NCBI RefSeq assembly: GCF_001194135.2
Contig: NC_068982.1
Span: 41,909,398 to 41,973,397, forward strand
From: Octopus bimaculoides
Taxonomy: Eukaryota
Reading direction: 5' to 3'
Length of the DNA: 64,000 nt
In this document: positions 1-13,900 of the stretch, in pieces
Numbering within the stretch: the stretch's first letter is position 1
Layout: each line of letters begins with the position of its first letter
The notes under the pieces: model-generated
Databases searched by the model: none
Seen by the model: only the letters and a program-made list of their open reading frames with translations
Told to the model about the DNA's origin: nothing
Position numbers and translations under genes: made by a program

Positions 1-599
1 CAAACAAACCCATTATCATTGGTCATCATTGTCTAAGATCCATCTTTCATGCTACCATGAGCTGGACGGTTTGATAGGAGTTGTTAGGCTAGAAGACTGT
101 GCCAAGCTCTTCTGTCAGCTTTGGCAGGATTTCTATGGTTGGATGTCCTTACTAATGCCAACCACTTTACACAGTATACTGGGTGCATTTTCGAGGACAC
201 CAGCACTAGCAAGGTTACCAAGTAACTTGCAAGTGATGAGAGGTTAGTGTATGACAGAGGCCTTGCAGTAGAGGAGGTACATGGCTACCTCATACACACA
301 CACATATGCATGCACATGCTGGAGAGCTGTACCAGGTTGCAATTGTCTCTTTTGGCATGGTTTCTATGGCTGGATGCCCTTCCTAAAGACAACAACCTTA
401 GAGTGGACTGGCTGCTTTTTACATGCCACTGGCACACACACACATATATGTATATAAATGAGAGAGAGAGAGAGAGAGGGGGGAGGAGAGAATGTAAATG
501 TTGCATTCCAAATACTTTTACACATTTTTAAAGCATAAATTGCAATTAGGAGAAATGTGCATTGTAAAACTCAGCTACTAGTTTGAGATTTTGTGTCTT

Positions 600-1200
600 A
601 GACTTTCAAATGCTGTAGATGTTAGCAAGATCTTTCTTTTCATATCTTCCAATCAATTTGGTACAACAGTCAGAAGACACAAATTGTGCAGCATATTCTA
701 CTTCAGAGCAATCCAATGTGAACATTTCCTTGCAAAGTGACATATTCTTGCCTGATTGCATCATTTATTTTCATACTCCAATTATTATTATTTTTATTTA
801 CATGCTTTACCTAATTGTTTAGTGGATATTTTCAATTTGTCAAAGATACTAAGGTTGCATCACCAACATATCTAATATCTACTGATAGTATTTATGAATG
901 CCAGATTTTATCCACATCTTTTAGTTCATTTATGACAAATTCTAGGAAGATCTCAAAGTGGTTGGGAAAAGCATGCAACCCTATCTGAGATCCATATGTA
1001 CTTCAAATCAATCTGTTAGCGGATGTTCCATGACTACAGCAAACCTATATAATTTGCACTATCTTTAGGCGTAGATATTCTAGAGGGCCTTAGTTTCTTC
1101 TGCCATATTATTTGAAAGGGAGCTGTAATGCAGGAAAATGTGCACAATAATATAAGGCTCTTATTGCACAGGTATCTTCTGCAATGTTGATCTTGGACCC
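600..1200 (-). mobile_element. Old degraded LINE RT fragment
   Basis: Broken translation resembles RQGCMLSPT, FEIFLEFVINEL, IRYVGDATL (YADD region) and TLDCSEVE; many stops. Confidence 0.6.
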
Positions 1201-3877
1201 CTAAAATGTATGCCAACAGGAATATATCTGAATGTGCTTGAAAGCTTCTAGCTATGTTTCAGTAGCAAATGAGTGAGAAAATTAAATATAAACAATTCTT
1301 TCAACAATGCTAAAAGTAGAGAATAAAACAAAATAGATGATTGTTTGATGTCAAGCCTTTTTGATACCAACTCATTTGAGACTGCTTTGGGTTCTATGAT
1401 ACAAACTACCTGTTTTAAAGTTATCTGCGTTAGAAACTTGTATGAAAATTTAATATTTATGCTCCAATCATTGGTTTAATAACGACAAAGTTATTTTTAT
1501 TAAATTCTTTATTATGCTCAAAATTAAATAAAATAAAAAAAAAAAATTTCAGCAGGAATATGGCAATAAGAGGGTTAAGTCAGTGATATAACTTAGTACC
1601 AGACACTTTCCACTGAAAGACAAATAAGTTATTTTACCCTTTAGCATTCAGATTCTTTCGTAAAATGTATTGCTTATTAATTCACATTGTTTTGAATTAA
1701 CCATGCATCATCTTGTAGCTTCAAGATTTCTCAAAGGTGTGTTTGTATACTTTTGGAATGACATTGTAGGGTAAGTGTAAGAGGCTGGATCTGGTCAGTT
1801 TTTTTTAAACATAAAGCAGGTAGAATATTTGGGCCAGATATGGCTGGATTAAATGGTAAAGGATTAAATGTTTGAGATTACAACAAATGTCCAAACAGTG
1901 GTTTTAGACATCTAAGGAATTTTGATTTTATGAAATACATACTGTAAACTCTTCATATGCTATCTGCACTGATGTTATTACAAATGGATATGATTGCTTT
2001 CATTATTGCATTGATAGTTCTAGAGTGATTCATGTAGATAACTGGCCTTAAAGGGAAGAAAAAGGGGGTGCCATGACTGGAGATCATATCTCCAGACATA
2101 ACCATCCAAATGGGCTCCATTTGTCAATTAATCTACATAATTCTACATACTATTAGTAAAATGTGGTGGAGTATAATCTTGTGAAACAATATTTATTATT
2201 ATTCTGATAAATAAAAATGAACCCCTTAGTCCAACATCTCTGCTCAAACCATAAATCTTGGTCCAGAATATATATATATATATATATANNNNNNNNNNGT
2301 TGCAAGACGCAACGAAAATTTTCGGAAAATAAAAATAAGAAATAAGTGGAAATTTTAATGGTGAGTGTGTTAAATTTTAAGGCACAATAAGAAAATGACT
2401 CTCCCCAGACACAACAGAATATGCTTCAACACACGAAATCACATAAAAAAATCTTGCAAACCAAATCCAAAAACGAAATATATATATATATATAACAAAT
2501 TTTTATGGATCCAGGTCTTATATTCCATTGAGAACTTTGAAGATTAACTCTATTTATTCATATAATGTGCACTATTAATGAAAGCCTGGAAAAAATATTT
2601 TGTGTCTAATATGTATTTTTTTTCTTTATGATGTATAGAAAAAGTGTTTTGTTAGATTTATTATAACTGCAGTCTAAAATATATACTGAAAATATTCATG
2701 TGTTGCCCAAACAAAGAGCAAATTTATGTATTCTCCAAACAAAGCCATTAGTTTTCCCAGTGTAGGCTGTGAAAATCTATCTGTAGTAAAAACAACCCGT
2801 GAAAAGTCAAATTGTACAGGATATAAAAAGACAATGGAGAAAGTAAATGCTTTCATTGAAATAATTTCATTCATAAAACACTCACTTTTTTCAATAAAAA
2901 CATATGTAGTGACAGTTCATTTTAATTATAATATTTTAGGGAGAGAAATCTCAACTGTTTCAATTTATAATTTACATTTTCATAATGATAGTATCTATGA
3001 ATTATCCTTATTGACTCCTTTATTAATTCAATCTTCACATCAAATAATTCAAGTTGCATCTTTGATGAAGGACATATTAAATTCCAGACTTCCAAACTGA
3101 AAGTTGATAAAAGTAATTCCATTGTATGTACCTCTGCCAAGTGTGCCAAAAAATTTAGTTTTCTATTTTCACCATTACAGAAAAGTGTAACATTATTACA
3201 GTGAGCTTAATTCTTTGTTATGAATCAGTTAACTCGGACAAAATAGATACCCATTTGCATCTGTTATGTCACCCCAAATATGGTGGTACCCTCAACTGGG
3301 AAAGATATACCACTTAGTTCTCGTGTATAATGCACACCCTAAAAATTTGTCCTGAACATTAGAAAAAAGTGTGTATTATGCATGAATATGATACATATTC
3401 ATAAAAGATTGAAGGGAAAATAAAATCAACATCTTGTACTCAAAGTATTATTAATGTTATTATTATTTAATTCACAGATAGAACAATCATAATAAAATGA
3501 AAAAATAAAGTAAGCTGTATATAAATTTGTAATATTCTAACAGTATTGAGGAATATTCTTTCAAACTAGTAGTGGTTTTTAAGTCACTTGACCTACGCAA
3601 TAGGACAACCAAATCCTCTACAAATGTCTCTCTACAATTTTAGAAATAGGAATAATGTCCATCACAAGAGAATAACTTAATTAGAAAGCTGATCAAATGT
3701 TTCTAAATATATTCAGTTTGTTATTTCATGCCACTGGTCTTCTAACAGGGTTATCCAACAATAGTAACCAATTATTATTATCATATCACAGTAAAAAAAA
3801 GGAAAGAAGAATCTTATAACAGTAAATAAAATGTATTTGGAAATTGTGTTTATTGTGTATATTCTATTCTTGAACAA

Positions 3878-4063
3878 GGCGTAGGAGTGGCTGTGTGGTA
3901 AGTAGCTAGCTTACCAACCACATGGTCCCGGGTTCAGTCCCACTGCGCGGCATCTTGGGCAAGTGTCTTCTACTATAGCCTCGGGCCGACCAAAGCCTTG
4001 TGAGTGGATTTGGTAGACGGAAACTGAAAGAAGCCTGTTATATATNNNNNNNNNNNNNNNNNN

Positions 4064-4114
<51 letters not shown>

Positions 4115-4340
4115 CATGTATGTGTGTGTGTATGTTTGTATGTGTGTGTTTGTCCTCCCAACATCGCTTGACAACTGATGCTGGTGTGTTTATGTCCCCG
4201 TAACTTAGCGGTTCGGCAAAAGAGATTGATAGAATAAGTACTAGGCTTCTAAAGAATAAGTCCTGGGGTCGATTTGCTCGACTAAAAGGCGGTGCTCCAG
4301 CATGGCCACAGCCAAAAGACTGAAACAAGTAAAAGAGTAA
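3878..4340 (+). mobile_element. Young tRNA-derived SINE (octopus-type). Other copies of this head: ~9540-9690(-), 11560-11690(-), 12460-12625, 26040-26135, 30940-31035(-), 33090-33240, 34245-34310, 35665-35755, 38160-38330(-), 38845-39230, 42000-42150(-), 51470-51570
   Basis: Pol III-like head (GGCTGTGTGGTAAG...GGTTCAGTCCC), central (AT)/(GT) microsatellite and conserved tail, repeated many times in the window. Confidence 0.85.
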
Positions 4341-7164
4341 GTGTTTTACAACTATAATTTTGAGAAATACTTATGAATGCAGATATTTAACTGTATGAAC
4401 AAGCGACGTGATCAACCAATGAATGAAATAAGGTAAAAAAAAAAAAATGCCCCGGTTATTAATGGGTAAGATGAAAACTGAATCTTGTTCTCCCAGTTAT
4501 AATCTAAACTATTAAGAAGTTATGTTCCAAAAGTAAACCCCCAAAACAGCTCTGGTGAACAAGTAAATAATGATTTCTGAGATGGACTTGAAACCATAGT
4601 ATTTGGAGGAAAAACATAGTAGTTTAAATTAAGCCTCAGTACTAGACTAATATTTTTTTTATTGACCTTGGAATGATGAAAGGCAAAGTTGATCTTGGTA
4701 GGTTTTTAGCAAAGAACAAATAAACACTGTGAGGAGGCATTTTGTATAATAACAATTTCTGTCACTTCACAGTCTTCAATGTGTAAAAAATACAATGAAA
4801 AAGAATAATGATCAATACGGAAAAGTTATGGCTGACTGTAAGGACAAAAATACTAAGTTGACATTAAAGCCCAATTTTTCATGCAAGCACACATATGCAC
4901 ACAAGTGAATTAACTAGTAGAATTTCAGTTTGCTCTATAATGGCAACTATAGCAATATCAGAAAACATTTTTTTTTTTTAAAGCAGCTAGTTTGCAACGA
5001 AAATATAATAAATCCATGTTGAAAATAAAGATTTCTTTATAAGAGGAGATCAGCCAAAAATGGTGACAAAAACATTCTTACTAAGTTAAAAAACAGTAAG
5101 TGTTTTAACTTGATACTGATTCTATTAAGAATGCTGCGGAAGGATTATCTTTAATGCAATGGAAAAAAAAAAACAAGGAGTGGTGGGGGAAAAGACAAAG
5201 TGCTTTGTAAGTTTTTCACTCCATTTCACATGAACTAATTAGAATTTCTACTGTTCCTAAATTTGTTATCTTGAAAATTCTTTGACAGCATAAAACGAAA
5301 TTTCACAAGAAAATTCTATTTGCAGTTAGAACAATAGAAAAGAAGAACAAGTCAAAAACAGGAGCAAAATACACATCGGCACATATAGAGTAACATCACT
5401 TCATATTTTTGTACTGATATGAAAACTAGAAGTGCTACTAAAAGCATGCGTTGACAGATTTTAGCTAGACATACCTAACAAGACAGGCTTGACGAATGTC
5501 AAGTTCGTTGACAACAACTGTGTCTACTTTTCGTTTTGGCTCAAAACAGTCTTGAACACTGAAGAGAAAGCAAGTACCACTTTTATAGAATCACAAAAGG
5601 GGTGGGGGGACAGCACCGATTTTGGAAACAGCTGTGTGAATGCAAGAACAAACCGAGTGTATATTTTATTTATTTTTCTTTCTTACATGAACCATTGCTG
5701 TTATGTATCTATAAAACAATAAAATTCATAAAATAGTTCCTTTTAATGTTTGTTAGTATAAAGTGAATATTATTAGAAAAAGAAGGGTTAATGATTATGA
5801 AATGTTGTTTTGATCACTATTTCAGGGAATTAATAGTAGAGAGAACATGTGGAAGGGGTAGACCCAAGAAGATGTGGGACGAAGTGGTGAGGAAGGATAC
5901 ACGGATGTTGGGACTATAACTCCTGGTGGGTTGCTGTGTTTGAAAAGACATATTAAATTAAGTAAAAGCATGGTTGTCCCTTGCATACAGGCTTGTCCCT
6001 TGCATACAGGCTTGTCCCTTGCAACCCTTATCTCGCAGGCTTATAGGCGCTGGTGGCATGTAAAAAGCAGCCATGTTGGTGCTGTGTAAAAGCACCCAAT
6101 ACACTCTGTAAAGTGGTTGGTGTTAAGAGGGGCATCCAGTCATAGCAACCATGCCAAAGCAGACAAGAAGCCTGAACAGCCCTTCAGTTGGTCAGCTCCT
6201 GTCAAACCATCTAACCCATGCCAGCATGAAAAACAGATGTCAAATGATGATGATGATGATGATGATATTTCATAAATATTATTCTTGCCATATTTCATAT
6301 ACAAGAGTCCTCTCAAAGCAGGGCTTAAGAAGACTCATTAGTCTTGGTGAGGATAAGACAACGTTTATCCCTACAACATTCAGGTTTCTCTGTCAAATGT
6401 ATTACTTATTTAGTCACATTAATTTTAATTAATCAGGCACTATCACCTAGCTTGGAGATTTTGATGATGCAACTGTTTATTTTCAGAATAATATTGCAGG
6501 GTAAGTGCACAAGGTCGGATCTGGCCCACTTGAAAATAAAACAGGTAGATTATTTTGGCTGGATATGGCCGGTTTAAATGCTATAGGGTTAAAGTGCTGG
6601 TTCTATGATAAAATGCACCCAGTACATTCTGTAAAATGGTTGGTGTTATGAAGGATATCCAAAAGTAGTGAGCAAGCTAAAACTGAACAAGATGTGGTGA
6701 TCCAGTCTGTTGCAGCCAATCAAATCATCCAGCCTATGCTAGCATAGAAAACAAATGCATGATGATGATGGCAAGGAGGAGGAGGATAAGCTTATGTATT
6801 AGTCATCAAATAATTATTCTGTGATAGATGAAAGAGGAGCAAAGTATTTGTATGGACAAAAATGAGTGAATAAAGGTGAAAATTCTTTGCCATTGGTAAA
6901 AAAGGATTCATTCTTTCTACTTAAAAGATAAATTTTTTGAGGCCATAGTTATACTAAGACAGACATGGCCAAAATCAAGAATATATATAACGTCTGCTTT
7001 CCATGCTAGCATGGAAAGCGGACGTTAAACGATGATGATGATGATGATAATTTTGGCTGAATCAAGTACCAAGTAACAAGAGACTGACCCAACCAAAATA
7101 AAGTATCATTAATCTCTACATGGTATTGAGTAGTCTTTTTTCTGACAGTCAGTACTAAATGGAC

Positions 7165-7165
<1 letters not shown>

Positions 7166-7245
<80 letters not shown>

Positions 7246-7330
7246 TCATCATCATCATCATCATCGTTTAACGTCCATCTTCCATGCATGCATGGGTATA
7301 CATACATACATACATACATATATATATATA
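7166..7330. repeat. Compound microsatellite (AT)n-(CAT)n-(TACA)n
   Basis: Seen directly; partly a SINE tail. Confidence 0.95.
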
Positions 7331-7679
7331 CATACATACATACATATATATAATAAACAAAAAGAAAAACAAAAGATGTATTTCAACTGACCTATGATAT
7401 ACAACTTTGAAAACTTTTGACATAGCTATTTCTATTAATATATTTTAAATAGATAGTCAACACTTAAAAAAAATGAAAGAGAAAAGAAAAGAAAGCCAAA
7501 ACAAAACAAAAGCACAACAAAAAACAAACAAACCTAAATCAAGCTTTGAAGGAGTAATTCATAAAATATTTTGAACAATGGTATTTTAGAGCTGAATATT
7601 CCAGTATGTTATTAGAGCATTATATTTTGCAACTATTTCAGCTGAAAGAAGCAGAGGAAGATAAGGGGATATAGAGATT

Positions 7680-7900
7680 ATATACACATTTCTGTACATT
7701 CCACAAGTCTCACTTCATCAGATCTTTTGGGTCTCACACTATCTTTGTATTTGTCTACAGTGAATGCTTGATTTCCAATCAAGGACGGACAGGATGTGGG
7801 CAGTTTTTGCTGTCTAATTAGTGTCATCAGTTTTTGTTCTGCTCCCATCTCATCCAGAACTGAATCATTTATTTTGTGGTCATCCAACTTGATTTACAGC
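7680..7900 (-). mobile_element. Degraded RTE LINE 3' fragment
   Basis: ORF 7678..7887 (VLDEMGAEQKLMTLIRQQKL) resembles the RTE C-terminal region. Confidence 0.5.
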
Positions 7901-10900
7901 TCTCATTAGTAGCCTGTCATTATGTCAACACCCTGAGTCACTAGGTGTTCATGACACTTAGGGTCCATGCTTCACTTTCATACAATGCTAATGAAGGCAA
8001 ACCATGCATAAAATCATTTACAAAATCATTCTGTAAGAGAATAATTGGGTATAAGAAGTATGAGATGTAGTGTGCAAGAGAGAAGACTGTGCTGGTATGG
8101 TCATGTGATGCATATGGATAAAGACAACTGCATAAAGAAGTACCAATTTCTAATTGTGGAGGGAACCTGTGGAAGAGGGTAGACACAGAAAGATGTGGGA
8201 TGAGGTGGCGAAATATGATCTTTGGTTGTTGAACCTCATGGAGGTAATGACAAGCAACCAAGACAACCAACATGACAAGCAACCAACATGTCAAGCTAAG
8301 TGAATCACTGTCATTGCCAGTGCTGTTGACATATAAAAGGCACCTATGTTGGTGACATATAAAAGGCATCTGTGCCAATAAAAGAACACTCAGTGCACTC
8401 TGTAAAGTGGTTGATGTTAGGAAGGGCATCCAGCTATGGAAACCAAATCAAAACAGATGACTGGAGCATGGTGCAGCTCTCCAGCCCCAGTCAAACCATC
8501 AAACCCATGCCAGCATGGAAAACAGATGATGATGATGATGATAATTCTTTTCAAAAAACAAGTTTTTCATTGAAAATTTGTTCCATGGTCGTGTTGAAAT
8601 ATAAACTCAGTGAAAAAGTTTTCAAAATTTTACCGATGGAACATATACTTTCCTTCGGAATTTTTTGATTTGGGAGTTTACAAATTTCAAGGAAACTTTG
8701 GAAAAGCAATGTAAGTGGTTTGGCTAGGACCATTTTTGCATGTGTTTAGGAGAAGGATTGGGAAGCCATTTGGGTCTGTTACTGGTGTGAGACTCATTTT
8801 GTCTACAATAGGTACTAAATTAATTACATTAATGTAATTGAGTTGCTACTCCTCTATGCAATGTTGTGATGCAGACAAACTTTGCTGGTTTGGTTGTTTA
8901 TATGTATGCCAGTAGGCTAGTGAAAAACAATGTTCAATTGTCCATTTGTCATTTCACTCACTATGCTACTGTTTGCAGTAAGTGGTCCATTCTTTCAAGT
9001 TTTTCAAACAATGGTCCTATTTTATATTGTACAAACACACAGACACTCAAGCACATATCTGCACACATAGTGTCCCTGACGAATCTCTCCCAGCACAACT
9101 TATCTCCCTAACACCACCTACTCCTTCTCACTGTTTGAACTCTTGCAAATTTACCTATTCACTCACCCAACCTAATCCTCTGTACCACTTCCCTCACATA
9201 CATACCACTGTAACGTTCGGTTTCCTTGTATGTCTCCACTGTCCTGTTTTTGTTCCCAACTTTGACCCTCCATAAATCCTAAATTTTATTTTAGAATTTA
9301 TGGGAGCAACTGTCTTTGAAGACTCATATTGTCGTTGAATGCTCAAAATGAGTAGATAAATAGTCGACAACTGATGAAGGGTTGTTTCTCTGTGTTTACT
9401 TGTCCTGTTTTCCATTTTTCTCTCTCATTGTTTACGTATTTTACTTGTTTGTCTACGTATTTCATGTTGTTTACACAGTTGGTGACGTCCTGTACCCATA
9501 TATTCATATATACACACACACACACACACATAGATATATAACAGAATTCTTTTAGTTTCTGTCTACCAAATCCATTCAGAAAGCTTTGGTTGACCTGGGG
9601 CTATAGTAGAAGACACCTGCCAAAGGTGTCATGCAGTGGTACTGAACCTGAGACCAAATGATTGGGAAACAAACTTCTTACCACACAATTGCAACTACAC
9701 ACACACACACACACGTGCCTGCACTTGCACACACACAGTTTGACCCACTCAAAATAGAGCCCAAATGTCACTCATATCTGTCTTGAATAAATGTCACACC
9801 TGCAATACCCTTAATCATAGGAGTACTCAATTAGGGATCCCCAGAAACTAAACAACAACACATACTCATATATATACACAAGCACACCCATATTATATAT
9901 GGTTAGTCCACATTACTCTGTAAGGAGCATAGGGCTATTTTCCCAGTTTCTCTAGCATATATATTCTCCACTTGGATAGAGCACTGATCCATCACAGGAT
10001 TACTCATTTTTGCTAGATGAGTGGATCGGAGCAACATGAAATGAAGTGTTTTACTCAAGAACTAGTATTATACAGAACAAGTAATATACAGTGTCTGTCC
10101 CTCTCTCTTGCATGTATACACACACCTAACCCATCACCTGGTTTAATGCAATTGATGGAGCCCATTCTGTTGCAAGCACCTGGGCCAGGTTTCAGGTTTG
10201 GGGACAGCTTCCCTCCCTCCCACCTGTCTTAGATGTCCTGTAATGGATCATGGGCACTGCTGTTCCTCTGGACAAAAACATAAAATAAATCAGTAAAATA
10301 ATTTTATTACTTTTTGAAATACCTTGAATAATCTGAATTGAACATCTGATAGTGATTTTCTCTTTCATGACATCAATTTCCCCACTTTTACCTCTAATAT
10401 TAGCAGTTCAACAACATACTAACACATATTTAACTAGACAAAAATGTGTCTATTTAAGAAGAAAGCAAATTAAAGGGAGATAATCCTCTTTGAAAGATTC
10501 TGTAGTGTAAATTCTAAACCACGTTCAGTAGTTCTAAGATGAAAGTAGAAACAAGAGCAGGAATTATATAAATATAGCTCTCAGAAATAAATAAAATTTG
10601 ACTAATAGCTTGGGATAAGAGATTGAAAACCATTTTTAGAGTTGATTTTTCGAGAACAATTCAAGCAAAGAAAATTAAAATTCTAAAGACAACCAAATTT
10701 ACGAAAATAGTAACATCTCTGGAGTGAGTAATTATACTTATGTAATGAACAATTTTCGGTTGTTGCATAAGTAATCATAGGTAGCAGGGATGTGAATATC
10801 TGGAGAAGAATTTGGAAAGCTGCCAAACAGTAGTTACTATTAATAAAATGTGTGTTTATTGCCGTTGAGATAAAAGAAAATAAATAGTAAGGATTAGAAG

Positions 10901-13900
10901 AACTGGGGAAAAAGCAAAAAGAGAATGTTGTTTGAAGAATTAAATCTTTATATTTTAAAATTAATTTATTTATTAAAAAACAACATTTTATGTCAGAAAA
11001 TTCCTTGAGAATAATAAATATATAACAATATATAATTATTCTTGAGAATAATTATATATCATATAATTGAGTATTTTGCAAATTTTTTTCTTAAAAGAAA
11101 TGTTAGAATATAAACTTTAGAGTACATTACTTAATTGTTGTAAAAGAAAATAGGAATGCAAAACAGCTTTGAGATTAATGCTTCATAGTCTGGATTTGAA
11201 GCAGTAATTTAGTATAAAATGCCTGCTATGTGCTGTTAGTAAAATTACCCAACACAATTGGGAACTTAAGATTTATATATTTTTTTGAAAATGTGCAATT
11301 AAATCTTTTATGAATACTTTATCATCAACATTTTAACGTCCACTTTTTCATGCTTGCATGGATCAGACAGTTTTACTGAAGCAGATTTTCTATGGTCAGA
11401 TACCCTTCTTGTACCAACCCACACCAGTTTCCCAGCAAGGTAAATATTTTCCTGTGGCCAGACATGTTCTCGCAAAATATTGGAAATGAATGGCACTGAT
11501 ATCATTTACAACTATCACATGATATCAAAACAAGGACATAAACATATATATATATATACAATGGGGTTCTTTCAGTTTTTGTGGACTAAATCTACTCACA
11601 AGGCTTTGGTCGGCCTAGGACTGTAGCAGAAGACACCTGTCAGAGCCAGGTAACTGGGGAAGCAAACTGCTTACCACACAGCCACACTTGCACCAATGTA
11701 CATAACTAATTACATTGTGTTTATTGGAGTAGAAAATATATTAAAAAACGAAGTTTTGCAATCAAAATATGCAAAGTAAAGAATTTAAAATAGAACATCT
11801 TTTACAAGTCATTCTTTCAAATTCGAAATTTGCATAGTCATGTATGTCATGAAGAATGGATCTTTAGATTAACCAGTACCACTTGCCTCATATTTTGTTA
11901 ATTCCCTCCAGAAGCTATTTTAACAGGAATTAGTAAGCCTAGTGGCATAGAATCAGTTTTAGCTGCACTGAGTGGTAGCCACATTCCTTAAATGTAACAT
12001 ACCTTTAACAACAAACACACATACATAAAGTGACGATATTGTGTGGTCTGCACACTCAGTGCTATGCTCCTGAGTAGGTCTTATAGGATTGAAAAATAAT
12101 AATAATAATAATAATGATAATAATAATGGTTTCAAATTTTGGCACAAGGCCAGCAAATTTGGGGGAGGAGAGGGGCCAAGTCAATGAAATTGACCCCAGT
12201 GCTCGTAGTTATTTTATAGACTCCAAAAGGATGAAAGACAAAGTCAGCCTTGGTGGAATTTGAACTCAGAGTGTATAGATGGACAAAATGCTGGTAAGCA
12301 TCTTGCCCAGTGTGCTAATGATTCTGCCAGCTTGAAAAAAAGTTTTCAACAATGTTGAGTCAAATGCATCAGCTTCAACCAAATGCTTCTTTTAATATAT
12401 AGCTGAAATATATATTAAGGAACTTTTTAAACACTCAATTCAACCGAAATATGAGCACAGGTATAACTGTATGCTTCATGAGTCCACTTCACAACCACAG
12501 GATTGCATGTTCAATCCCACTGCACAGTACCTTGGGCAAGTTTCCTATCTGCCATTGCTTCAGTTTGACCTATGTGTTGCAGATGATATTTGGTATCTAA
12601 AAATGTGCAGAAGCCTGTTGTATATTGGTGAGGGTTTAGCTGATAAATTAGTGCATCAAACCCTTTTAGGTGAAGTAAGTTATTTGATAAAGATTCATAA
12701 AATAAATACTGAGGTTGATAAAATTAACTAAAAACCAGTAAAAGAATGAAAAAAGAAAAAAAAAATTAACTGATAGATAGCTATATCAGTTACTGACTAG
12801 CTTTTGAAGAATTATTTTCAATACATTTTCCTATCTGAAATATTATATATAGAATAAGAATGAAATTTTGTTTCTGTCCGATAAAAGTACATTTGGCATA
12901 CATATCCTTTAGAAGTATTGTATCACACATAAATGAGTGATACAATGTGAAAGCTATTAGACATGAAAAAATCTGAATCATAAATGTTTTAACTATTTAA
13001 TACTGAGATTTTTATATAATGAACACTGATTTAAACAAAAAAGATTTAAACAGCAAAACAGTTATAATGTGTGTGCATGATATAAATGAGGTCTATCATC
13101 ATTAGTACCCTGAACAGCATTAACAGTGTTTTCTCATTGCAATCTCAAATGCTACATTCTTTTAATAATATCTATTTATTTCACCCAGTTCTTTACTTAA
13201 CTTGCATTCAGGTAAAAATAGTCTTTGTTCTCCCTGCTTGAATAAAGATGACATTGCAAGGGGAAAATACCAGCCATGAAACCACCTAGAAAACCTGAAA
13301 AATGTGTATTTCTAATAATTGTCTTGATAGAGTGTTTTATTTATAAATATGTAAACTTTAACTACCATTTATTGACCCTCCTGTTGCCACATTTCTGCTT
13401 TGCTTTGATTAATTTTAGAAAAAAATTAAGAATTCAGTAAACTAAGTTTGTCATTATTAAAAGGTGGTCTTTGGAATATTATTTAACATGAAATTTTGAT
13501 GGAAGATTTTAATTTACATCGGAGAACCAAGGGCAGTGTCAGGTAGGTTGGTGTGAAAAGGGCCAATGATAGATTTAAATTTTCCAAGAATAAAAAATAT
13601 GTTGTCCAATGGTAAATAGCCATAAAGAAATTAATTGTTACTATTCTAAAACTCCTTTACACAAAATAAAATATGATAGCTGGTTTTTAAAGCAGAAATT
13701 GTATACATGTGCAACATAGCACAAGTAGGTATATGCACACATAAACACATCTCCCTAAAATTTAAATTCACATAATTAGGCATTTATCTAAAATTTGCCA
13801 TAACTAATCCAGTTCTGTACTTTTTGCATAATTTCTTCTAACTGGAATCTTAGACTTTGAAATTTTTATCTTTATAATCTGTACTTATTAACAACACATT

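Noticed and set aside
600-760. Apparent terminal exon (GKNMSLCKEMFTLDCSEVEY...)
   Set aside because: It is contiguous with degraded LINE RT sequence and resembles the post-RT region of RTE elements.
7534-10393. Candidate minus-strand exons 10393-10323 (GKSGEIDVMKEKITIRCSIQIIQ) and 7641-7534 (EIVAKYNALITYWNIQL*) with compatible phases
   Set aside because: The first acceptor has a weak pyrimidine tract, the peptide is unrecognised and there is no start exon. Chance splice-like signals are common in AT-rich DNA.
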